Positions 1 through 10,704 of a stretch of 64,000 bases of DNA are shown here, piece after piece; within the stretch, counting starts at the first letter, position 1, and every line of letters begins with the position of its first letter. The stretch is from Rebecca billardiae RCC1528 (Eukaryota; Protista; Haptophyta), in NCBI GenBank assembly GCA_965240325.2, contig OZ251241.1, positions 372,001 through 436,000 of the forward strand, in the 5' to 3' direction. The translations under genes were made by a program, and so were the position numbers. A model generated the notes under the pieces. It was given only the letters and a program-made list of their open reading frames with translations. It ran no database searches and was not told the origin of the DNA.

Positions 1-794
1 CTCCCGCCGCCACGGCCGTCCGCGCCGGCCGTCGAGTGTGCAAAGAGGGAGACGCCGAGCAGCGCGCCATCGCTCGCGCCGGAGGCGCCGCCGCCTGCGC
101 TCGGCGGCGCGACATGCACGCGCAAGACGACGGCCTGCTGGGCTGGCCAGCCCGATACCTCGGCCTCGCGAAGCGCCGCGGCCGACATGAGTGGCGCGTC
201 GGGCTCGGCAGCGCCAGCAGTGCCGACGGAGAGCGCTCGTGGCTTCTTGGGCGCAGGCCCCGCAGAGGGCTGCGAAGCCGGCCTTGCCGCCGCCGCCGCC
301 ATGAGCGCGTCGGTGCACGAGCGCTCGGGCGGGGCAACGGCAGCACGAGTGCCCGCGACCCGCGCCTCGCCGACTGCGCGCTGCGTGTGCTCCGCGGAGC
401 GCTGCGAGGCGCTTGCGCGCGCGTGCTCAGCTTGCGGCGGTGTGCTCGCACACCAGCCGTCCAGCGGTCCGTCGAAGAGCTCCGGCGGACCGGGCGCCGG
501 CAGAAGTGCGTGGTGTGGCGTACATATGCGTGCGTGCGACGCAGCAGCCGGCACCGCGGCGGCACTCCTGTGGCTTGCATCCGCGCTTGCGCACATCGGC
601 GCCGTCGAGGCGTCGGCCGATCGCATCGCATGCAGCCGCGCGCTGGCCGCAGGAAGTGCGGGAGGAGCGCTCTCGTCGACCGGGCGCAGGAAGCGTACGA
701 AGTTGTGGCCGTGGCGGCTGATCAGCTCGAACGGCACGGGCGGCGGCCGTGGCGCGTACCGGAGCAGCGCGCCCTCACCCGTCGCGTGCGTCAT
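1..794 (-). CDS. 5' part of a hypothetical protein running off the window's left edge
   Basis: ATG at 794 (minus) opens a frame with no stop to position 1 (MTHATGEGALLRYAPRPPPVPFELISRHGHNFVRFLRP...PKKPR). It is divergent from the ABC1 gene. No family recognised. Confidence 0.45.
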   Translation of the reverse strand, partial: MTHATGEGALLRYAPRPPPVPFELISRHGHNFVRFLRPVDESAPPALPAASARLHAMRSADASTAPMCASADASHRSAAAVPAAASHARICTPHHALLPAPGPPELFDGPLDGWCASTPPQAEHARASASQRSAEHTQRAVGEARVAGTRAAVAPPERSCTDALMAAAAARPASQPSAGPAPKKPRALSVGTAGAAEPDAPLMSAAALREAEVSGWPAQQAVVLRVHVAPPSAGGGASGASDGALLGVSLFAHSTAGADGRGGG

Positions 795-1024
795 GAGCAC
801 CGGTGGCGCTCGCGTTGGGCCAACCGTGGTTACCGTGCGACCCACGCTCCTGGCGCAGACGCGCAGTCCTTGGTGAACGACTGACTCGTGAGTCGTCAGT
901 CCGGGTGCAGAGCTACCTCGGGCGGTCCGGTGCCTCCGGAACATCAATAACCTTCGCGCGGATTCTCCCGTTCTTGGCCAGCAGATCCATCCCGTCCTTG
1001 CGCGCAGCGCCAACCCCCGGCGAC

Positions 1025-2893
1025 ATGTCGCATCTTCGCGGCCTTCTGCGCGGAGCGGGGCTCGTCGCGGAGCAGCTGCGGCAGCAGGCGGCGCCCGAGC
1101 TACGAAACGCAGCGCTTCTGGCCTCTCAGCGCGCCGTACCGCGCTCGACTCCCGGGTCGGTGCCCAGCGCAGATGCTGACAGCGGCGCGGCTGCCAAGCG
1201 CCGCGCGACGGACTCAGTGCGCGCACCCGCGGCGGAATCGGCGCACGCGCAGCCGTCCGTGGTCGCAGCAGAGGCGCCAGTTGCCGACCCGCAGCCTGCA
1301 CCACCGCCGCCCGCCGCGCCGGCAGCCGACGAGGAGCCGGAGCAGCCGCAGCGGCTGCACACGTCGGCGTCCGACGCTGCAGATTCGCCCAGGCTCGTCG
1401 TGAGCGAGGCGGTGCCCGCGAGCTCGTTCGCGCGGGCGTTCGAGTTTGGAAAGCTGGGCGCCTCGGTGATGTTCTCCGGCGCGCGCGAGGTCACGCGCCG
1501 CCGCCTCGCCAAGCTGACCGGCAGCTCGGACGGCGCGGACGAGGCGACGCGCACCGCGTTTGTGAACGAGGAGAATGCGGAGCGGATGGCGTCGACGCTG
1601 ACCAAGCTGCGCGGCGCGGCGCTGAAGCTGGGGCAGATCCTGTCGCTGCAGGACGACGCGGCCGTTCCGCCGCAGCTCCAGGCCGTCTTCAACCGCGTGC
1701 GCGCCTCCGCGCACATCATGCCCCCCGAGCAGCTGCACAGCACGCTGCACGCGGAGCTGGGCGAGGACTGGCGCTCGCGCGTGCGCTCGTTCGCCGAGGC
1801 GCCGATCGCGTCGGCGTCGATCGGGCAGGTGCACCGCGCGGTGCTGCCGGACGGCCGGCTGTGCGCGCTCAAGGTGCAGTACCCGGGCGTCGCCACCTCC
1901 GTCGAGTCCGACCTGGCCAACCTGAAGCGGCTGGCGACGTACACGGGCGCGCTGCCCAAGCGCATGTTTGTCGACAACATCATCGCGTCTGCGCGCGACG
2001 AGCTGCTCGAGGAGTGCGACTACGAGGCGGAGGCGGCGCACACGCAGCGGTACCGCACGCTGATCGAGGCGACCGAGGCCGACCCCGCCGCCGACCCGCT
2101 GCTGCGCGGCGGCAAGTTCGGCGTGCCCGCCGTGATCCGCCCGCTCTCGTCCGCGCGCGTGCTCACGACCGAGCTGATGCACGGCCAGCCGATCGAGGCG
2201 GTGGCCGAGATGAGCGCGGCGCGGCGCAACGCCGTGGCGGGGCGGATCCTCGCGCTCACGTTCCGCGAGCTCTTCTGCTGGCGCTTCGTGCAGACCGACC
2301 CCAACTGGGGCAACTACCTGTACGACCCGCAGTCGGACGTGATCTCGCTGATCGACTTTGGCGCCGCGCGCACGTACCCCAAGGCGTTTGTGGACGAGTA
2401 CTTGAGGATGGTGGACGCGTGCGCGCGCAAGGACAGGCAGGCGGCGCTGGACGCGTCGATCGCGCTGGGCTTTCTCTCGGGCGAGGAGCCGCGCGAGATG
2501 CTCGACGCGCACGTCGCCGCGGGCTTCGTCCTGGGCGAGCCCTTCGGCGCCTCGGCGCCGTACGACTTTGCCGCGTCTGGCCTCTCGGCGCGCGTGCGCG
2601 AGCACGTGCCGACCATGCTCAAGCTGCGCGAGCGGCCGCCGCCGCGCGAGATCTACTCGCTGCACCGCAAGCTCTCCGGCGCGTACATGCTGTGCATCCG
2701 GCTGCGCGCCACCATCGGCTGCCGCGACGTGTTCGAGCGCGTGCGCGACGCGTATGAGTTCGGCGGGCACGAGGCGGCCGACGAGGCCGATGCCGCCGCG
2801 GCCACCGCCGCGCGCGAAAGCCGCGCGGCGGCGCAGGCGCAGCAGCAGGCTGGGCACGGCCAGGTGGGCGCGGCATCGCTCGCTAGTGAGTAG
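1025..2893 (+). CDS. COQ8: ABC1/UbiB atypical kinase, COQ8/ADCK3-4 type (mitochondrial ubiquinone biosynthesis)
   Basis: Motifs [46 protein letters not shown] and [17 protein letters not shown]-terminus [10 protein letters not shown] is transit-like. Intronless. Confidence 0.92.
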   Translation: MSHLRGLLRGAGLVAEQLRQQAAPELRNAALLASQRAVPRSTPGSVPSADADSGAAAKRRATDSVRAPAAESAHAQPSVVAAEAPVADPQPAPPPPAAPAADEEPEQPQRLHTSASDAADSPRLVVSEAVPASSFARAFEFGKLGASVMFSGAREVTRRRLAKLTGSSDGADEATRTAFVNEENAERMASTLTKLRGAALKLGQILSLQDDAAVPPQLQAVFNRVRASAHIMPPEQLHSTLHAELGEDWRSRVRSFAEAPIASASIGQVHRAVLPDGRLCALKVQYPGVATSVESDLANLKRLATYTGALPKRMFVDNIIASARDELLEECDYEAEAAHTQRYRTLIEATEADPAADPLLRGGKFGVPAVIRPLSSARVLTTELMHGQPIEAVAEMSAARRNAVAGRILALTFRELFCWRFVQTDPNWGNYLYDPQSDVISLIDFGAARTYPKAFVDEYLRMVDACARKDRQAALDASIALGFLSGEEPREMLDAHVAAGFVLGEPFGASAPYDFAASGLSARVREHVPTMLKLRERPPPREIYSLHRKLSGAYMLCIRLRATIGCRDVFERVRDAYEFGGHEAADEADAAAATAARESRAAAQAQQQAGHGQVGAASLASE

Positions 2894-2934
2894 CATTCGG
2901 AGCCCAGGCTGCCGTACTACAGCAATGACCCGTG

Positions 2935-4011
<1,077 letters not shown>

Positions 4012-4269
4012 ATAACTGGACGTCATCGCATCCGACGTTGCGGCCGTCGTCCGGGGACCGCGTGGACCGGCGAGTTCTGATCACTCCGATGTCAGCCGTC
4101 CGTCCGCATCAGAGTCACAGTGCATCATCGGCGACATATATAGTACGTATCGTCGCATGTCGGATGCTGCTGCCACTGCTGAAGCCTGCTAGCTGATGAG
4201 ACTGCTGATGATTGTCACATGATGCTGTTTATTTGCTGCGACGTGCAATGTACAGAACGAGCGCGACGA

Positions 4270-5112
4270 TTACGACGCCATCGTAGGATTCGCCGTCCGC
4301 GCCCGCGCGCCAGCCAGAGTCGCAGCAGAGCTCCACGTCCGCAACCACTGAATACAGGTAGCGGCCGCAGGGCTGCTGGTGCTGCCATCCAGACGCTCCT
4401 GGTGCGACTTCTCGGTCGGCGGTGGACGTGTGAGCGATGGCAAAGCTGCCGGAGTGCCCCACGCCTGCACGGCTGCATCGTACAGCGCGCGCAGCTGTGC
4501 CTGAGGCGTGCTCCTGGGGAGGTAAATGGCAACAAGCGGCGCCGTCGCGGCAGCAGTGATCGCACATGCGGCCGCCACCAGTTGCGTGCAGTCCAGTGGC
4601 CCAACTGGACTTGGCAGAGCGCGGACGTCGAAGTGAGCCTTCTTGACGGCAGGGCCTCCCCACGGTGGTGAGAGGAAGACCACATCCGCCCTGAGCGCGG
4701 AGCTGATCGCGCAAAAGTTGGCGTGCAGCCAGTCCACGCGCTGCTGCACGCCATACACGCGCGCGTTGTGACGTGCGAGCTGCAACCGCTCTGTGTTGAT
4801 GTCGATGGCGAGGACACGCGAATCTGCCGACTGTGCAAATTGCACAGTGTTGCCACCCGCCCCCGCGAAAGCATCGACAATCACGCCAGCCCCACAGCAG
4901 AAAGCAATGCGCCTCGCCACCGCCTCCGGTGTGACAGAGTACCAGCTCTCGCCATCCATTCGTATGCCGTCGTCGAATCTCGACCATATCCTGGTGCGCC
5001 GTGCCCACCACTTGCCTGCGGCGGCTTGCTCCGCGCCAAGCGCGAGAGTATTGTCTTCGTCCTCTTTCGCATCGGGCACATCTCTAACGCGACTCGAGAT
5101 GCCCGATCCCAT
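4270..5112 (-). CDS. TGS1: Trimethylguanosine synthase (RNA cap hypermethylase)
   Basis: KWWARRTRIWSRFDDGIRMDGESWYSVTPE, IVDAFAGAGGNTVQFA, IDIN, ARHNARVYGV and VFLSPPWGGP are TGS1 hallmarks. Start codon uncertain. Confidence 0.9.
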   Translation of the reverse strand: MGSGISSRVRDVPDAKEDEDNTLALGAEQAAAGKWWARRTRIWSRFDDGIRMDGESWYSVTPEAVARRIAFCCGAGVIVDAFAGAGGNTVQFAQSADSRVLAIDINTERLQLARHNARVYGVQQRVDWLHANFCAISSALRADVVFLSPPWGGPAVKKAHFDVRALPSPVGPLDCTQLVAAACAITAAATAPLVAIYLPRSTPQAQLRALYDAAVQAWGTPAALPSLTRPPPTEKSHQERLDGSTSSPAAATCIQWLRTWSSAATLAGARARTANPTMAS

Positions 5113-5225
5113 CACCCGGGGACGGCCTGGCCGACGCCAACATGCTCACTCGCCTTTGATTTCGTACCCATGCACTTCCTGGTGGGCCTGACGACGTCCG
5201 GACGACGACAACAACGACATCCGCC

Positions 5226-7290
5226 TTTTTTTTATATTAAATTCCCCTTTATAACGGGCTCCGGGTGATCAGGCTGGCGGCCGAAGCCTCCAGGCTCCCT
5301 ACCCTGGCCAGCCCCCAACCAACCACCACCCTCACCCAACCTCAAACCACTGACCGAGACACCTAGTGTCTTGACACCACTCCACTGTGGACAGCCCGCC
5401 TCCAGAGGGGGCGGGGGTATGCCATTGCCAACAGCATACGAGCCCAACACTGTGGGGTGGTCCCAGGTACAAGCAGTGTACGGCCTTGCAATTCAAGATC
5501 ATCGAGTTTGAGCCGAGTCGGCAGCAGGGGCACCCCCTAGGGTGCCCCAGTGTGGGCAGAGGGCCAGCCACTAGCCGATCCCTGCGCGGGGAAGGGAGCT
5601 GAGGGGACTGTCATCGAGCCCAGTAGCTGGGCAGGGGTCTGGGCCACTGGCCCTGGCAGCGAGGCGCCTGTATTTCACTCGTGCAGCTATGGAGGCAGAG
5701 GGGGTCATGTCAGACATGTGTGCTACATCGGGCATCAAGTCCGGGCGTGGGCCGCTGTAGGAAGCAAGCAAAGTGGTGGCGATGGCTAATACGCCTGGGG
5801 AGGTGTCGTTCGCTCGCCTCTTCCTGCTGCGCTGTGCAGGGGGTAGCGTGCTCCGCTGCGGCACATTTGCCTGGCGGGGTGGGCAGTGTCGTTTGGGCGG
5901 GGGGCTGTCCTGCTGCGCTTGACTAGGAGGAGGCAGCCCGCGCCTGGGGGCTGCCGGTGGCCTGGCAGAGCCAGCAGGCGGCTGTGCGGCCTGCTGTCCA
6001 GTGTCTGACTGTGTAAGGTCGCTGTGAGCTCCGTTACCAGTGTGACTGCCAGCAGCCGGGTCTGCCTCCATCTCAGGGCCCCCATGTGTCAACATATTGT
6101 CCGGCGGACCCACATTGCTGCGAGCCAGCGGGGTGGCATATTGGAGCGGCCATGCCACAAGAGGTGTGGCAGGCTGCAGAGGCCACGCAATCACCATAGG
6201 GAGGGGGCGAGCACGCTGAAGGGGCCACGCCTGCGAGAGTGACTGGGGGCGCACGTGGTGACCGCGCGCTATGGGCTGGTGCAGGTTGGCCTGCCCCGCG
6301 CCTGCCTGCCAGCCCTGGCCAGCCTGGGCAGGGGGTTGCTGCTGGATGACAGGTGGTCCTTGCAACTGATTATTCATGGCAATCGCCCCTCCTGGGCCTG
6401 CCTGTGCCTGTGGGGGTGGGGGCTGCCCCCCTGGGCCGTGCCCAGGCGGCGGCCGAAGCTCCCTGGCATGTCGAAGGAGACGTCCTGCCTTCGACAGCTG
6501 GGAGTCCACGTCCTTGCGGGCCTGCATGATGCCTAGCCCTGCCTTCAGTAAGGCCACGTGCATGGTCCTGCCGAGATGCACGTTGCCCCCCACAGTGGTC
6601 TTCAGTGTGCTGGGCACCCTGCCCATGAGAGCAGCCCCAGAGCACAAGTGACGTGCCAAGTTCCATGCTGCAGCCTGTCCCTGCATGAATGGCTCAATTA
6701 CATGCGATACGCTTCTGGCAGCAGCCATTCGGTAGGCATCGACCTCAGGGCACTCAGAGAAGAGGTGGTGCTCAGTATCTGGCGCTGGATGTAGCAGTGG
6801 AGCATGATCGCAGAGGGGGCAGGCATCGCTAAATGCCGCCCCCGACTGGAATCGCACAGAGAGCAACGTCGGGTCTCGCAAGGCAGCAGGCTGCAGGAAC
6901 TCATATCCGTGGTGGAGTATGTAGTAGGCAGGCACAGTGTTGGCCTGCCAGGTCCGTAGTACGCCAGTGGAGGCCTCTGGCCACACGCCGGTCCATTCAC
7001 CCACCAAGTCACAGCTGGACTTGGTGACTTGCAGGTGGGTTGCCCTTTGTGCCATGGGGACCAACATCAACGCGCTCACACCACTGCCACTGCTGCAAGC
7101 TTCGACCAGTACCACTACAGACGAATCAGGAGAGCTGCGCCCTCGTGCCTGTGTCTTTAAATCATAGAATTAGTGGATGTGTGCACACACGCTTGTCAGC
7201 GGGCTGCGGCTGGCCTGTCGCATGCGATGTGCAGTCGACCTCGACAGTTGGCAATGACGCATGCCTCTGCCTCCAAGGTTTGATCCCCCC
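5226..7290 (-). mobile_element. 5'-truncated non-LTR retrotransposon (LINE) fragment
   Basis: ORF 5571-7115 carries the C-terminal zinc knuckle CPLCDH-x-PDTEHHLFSEC typical of LINE ORF2 ends. The 3' end has an A-rich tail (T-run at 5226-5233 on +). Composition differs from host genes. The terminal 80 bp recurs at 23257-23338. Left-on-minus (5') boundary approximate. Confidence 0.75.
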
Positions 7291-7343
7291 TTTTATTTCT
7301 TTGCTTTGATCGGCGCCCGCGCAGGCCGCCATCGTTGCGGCCG

Positions 7344-8495
7344 ATGAAAGCCGTGGCACGTATCGTGGCGGGCGCGCCGCCGGCGCAGCTGCCGGATGTG
7401 GTCTCTGACGTGCGCACGCTCGCCGGTGGCCACGTGTCGAAGGTCAATGCGGCTCTGCCGGGACTGATCGCCGAGCACGCGGCGCGTGAGTACACGCCCG
7501 TGCAGCTTCCTGGCAATGATGGCCGCCGCGCGCTGCTCACAGCGGAGGGGCTGCGCGAGGGTGAGCCGACGACCTTTTACGAGCCGGCGACGAGGCAGAT
7601 CATGCATGTTGACTTTGGCCTGTCGGGCGATAGGCTCCTCTCGGTGTGCAGCGGGCGCAACACTGCGTGCGCGGCGCCTCGCGAGCGGAGCGCATACGCG
7701 CTGCGCGCGCGCGCTTGTCACGAGTCACGAATCATGGTCTGGTCAACGTCGCCCCGTGCACACGCGTGCGCCGCGCGCAGGTGCCAGTATGCACGTCGCT
7801 GTCTCCGCTCCCGACGGCCGAGGCCGCCGCCCTCGGCCCGGCCGAGCCCGCGCGCGCCGCGCTCGAGTCGGCAATGCGCGCCTATGCGGCCGACGCGTAT
7901 CCGAGCGCCGTGCTCAGCGTGTATGGGCGCGTGGGCGAGGACGGTCGTGTGCGGGTGGTCGCGTGCCTCTCGGCGTGCGCGGCGAACCTGCCCAACTTCC
8001 ACGCCGGCGCGGTGCGCGCGCGCTGGGAGCTCGTCCTCCCGGCGGCCGGCGCCGGCCCCGACGCGCAGCTGAGCGGCGAGGTGAGCGCGCGCGTGCACTA
8101 CTTTGAGGATGGCAACGCGCAGCTCGACGCGCGCGAGAGCTGGAGCGTCGCGCTGCCGCTCGGCGGGGAGGGCGCGGATGCGCTCGACGTGCTCGCGCTA
8201 AACGCAGTCGCGCGCGTGAAGCAGGTGCGCGCGCGCGCTCGCCGCGCCGGCCCCTCGCGAGCCACGGCTGCACGATGCCAGCCCCGACCGCCCAGCACGC
8301 AACGCGCGATCGCAACGCGCGCAGGCGGAGGGCGAGTGGCACGCCTCGCTGCTCGACCGGTTCAGGTCGCTCAGCGACGGCGGTATCAAGGCGCTCCGCC
8401 GGCCGCTGCCCATGACCAAGACCAAGTTTGAGTTCGAGAAGGTGGCGCAGCACAGGCTCTCGGATCAGCTGGCAAACATGCGCGTGTCATCGTGA
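7344..8495 (+). CDS. CAPZA: F-actin capping protein alpha subunit (3 exons: 7344-7643, 7781-8224, 8325-8495)
   Basis: GAPPAQLPDVVSDVRTL, FYEP, NFHAGAVRARW, RVHYFEDGNAQL and KALRRPLPMTKTKFEFEKV match CapZ alpha. GT-AG introns restore frame. Confidence 0.88.
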
Positions 8496-8762
8496 TCGTG
8501 ACCGGCGCGCTTTGATCATTGACATTGTCTCACAATCACATTCTGAGATGTCGTCTCTTAGTAGTCGTCTCTCACACGTTGACGTTGCCAGTGCGAGCGC
8601 ACACACGCATGGATAGTACGGCGGCACGGTTCTGGCTGACACCGTGGCACCGATCGACAGGGCGACAGTCCGACAGCCGTGACGCGGCGCTTCCCGTGCC
8701 CCCACCGCCTACGCGCCGCGGGACGCATTCAATTTCAGGAACTTCGGAGTTCGTGTCGTTAA

Positions 8763-10279
8763 GGTGGCACCTCTGGAAACAGACGGCGGGAGGCAAGATG
8801 GCGAAGAAACAGCCCCGGCGTCGCGCTCGCTCGAGGCTCGGAGGCCCGTGCGAGCCGGCGGGGGCTCGAGCGGCACGGGGCGCACGTCGGGCGGGCAGAC
8901 CATGCACGTGGGCCTTCCGAACCGCTCGCCTGACGGCCTCGCTCCGCCGCTTCTCGCGCTCGCGAGCTGTGTCCGTGCGCGCGCGGTGGGCGGGCGTCGC
9001 GCAGCTCGACGCGAGGCGTCCACGGCGGAGATTGGGCCCAGCTGGGCGCTCGAACGGCTTCGACGTGCGGGGCCGGTCATGTACGTGCGCGCGCGCGCGC
9101 CGGAGCCGTCCGGCAACCTTGTGGTTGTGCTGCGGGAACGACGTCACACCCGGGCGGCACTGCGAGGTTCTGCGCGGGCCCATGTGCATGCATGTGCGCG
9201 AGGCGTGCGTGGGCTCGCGATGGCGGGGCGCGTTGGTCGAAGCTGCGCCATGGTCGTCGACGCCGGCTAGGCGCCGACGGGCGCGCGCGGCGGTCCACTC
9301 GGGGCCACGCGGGCCGCCGGGAGCTCGTGCGCAGCCGCTCGGCCAGATAGGTGGCCCCGGCGGCAGTCTGAACGTTCGAGGTCAGCACTTCACATTTCGA
9401 TGAACTCCGCACCCCCGCTCGTGGTGGGCCACCATGCGGCGCACCAGGGGGTGCAAGCAAGCAGCCGTTTGGAGGGATCTGTACATAGGGTCCGAAAATA
9501 TTATCAGAAAATATCAAAATAAGGGCTTTTTCAAGGATTTTCCGTATTATTTTCGGACCCTATGTACAGATCCCTCCAAACGGCTGCTTGCTTGCACCCC
9601 CTGGTGCGCCGCATGGTGGCCCACCACGAGCGGGGGTGCGGAGTTCATCGAAATGTGAAGTGCTGACCTCGTTCAGACTGCCGCCGGGGCCACCTATCTG
9701 GCCGAGCGGCTGCGCACGAGCTCCCGGCGGCCCGCGTGGCCCCGAGTGGACCGCCGCGCGCGCCCGTCGGCGCCTAGCCGGCGTCGACGACCATGGCGCA
9801 GCTTCGACCAACGCGCCCCGCCATCGCGAGCCCACGCACGCCTCGCGCACATGCATGCACATGGGCCCGCGCAGAACCTCGCAGTGCCGCCCGGGTGTGA
9901 CGTCGTTCCCGCAGCACAACCACAAGGTTGCCGGACGGCTCCGGCGCGCGCGCGCGCACGTACATGACCGGCCCCGCACGTCGAAGCCGTTCGAGCGCCC
10001 AGCTGGGCCCAATCTCCGCCGTGGACGCCTCGCGTCGAGCTGCGCGACGCCCGCCCACCGCGCGCGCACGGACACAGCTCGCGAGCGCGAGAAGCGGCGG
10101 AGCGAGGCCGTCGGCGAGCGGTTCGGAAGGCCCACGTGCATGGTCTGCCCGCCCGACGTGCGCCCCGTGCCGCTCGAGCCCCCGTCGGCTCGCACGGACC
10201 TCCGAGCCTCGAGCGAGCGCGACGCCGGGGCTGTTTCTTCGCCATCTTGCCTCCCGCCGTCTGTTCCGGAGGTGCCACC
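8763..10279. mobile_element. Foldback non-autonomous DNA transposon with ~735-bp inverted arms and TTAA target duplication (Kolobok-like GG..CC ends)
   Basis: TTAA(8759-8762)+GGTGGCACC ... GGTGCCACC+TTAA(10280-10283). Arms about 8763-9500 and 9547-10279 are near-perfect reverse complements around an AT-rich spacer of about 46 bp. Confidence 0.85.
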
Positions 10280-10704
10280 TTAAATCATAGAATGGGTCAG
10301 CAGCGGAGTCGGTCTTTCGACATTCAATTTCGGCGTGGCGCGAAAGTTTTTTGCGGCGGTTGACGAGATGCTATCTGGCTTCTGCCGCTGATCATCCTGT
10401 TGTCCTGATTAATATGGGCTCTATAAACCGCACACAAACGCCAACCCACGCTACCCTCCATCGTATATCGGGGATGGCTCGCTTTTAGCTTGTCCTATGC
10501 TCGAAGTCTCGAAAAAGGCGCGTGCAACGGCCAACGGGACATGAATCTAATATAATGCGTTTGAATTTCTAACGATTCGCTACCGCACTTACGACTGAAA
10601 TACATCATCATCGCTATTTTTGCGCGCGCGCCCTGGCTGCCCAGGGTGGATCTCGCGCCCGCGTTGCCAGCTTGGGGCGTCGCCGCCGAGCAAGGTTGGT
10701 CGCA

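Noticed and set aside
8726-10331. 11-bp direct repeat CATTCAATTTC (8726-8736, 10321-10331) as TSD of a larger element
   Set aside because: No inverted termini just inside it, and the TTAA-bounded element already explains the structure.
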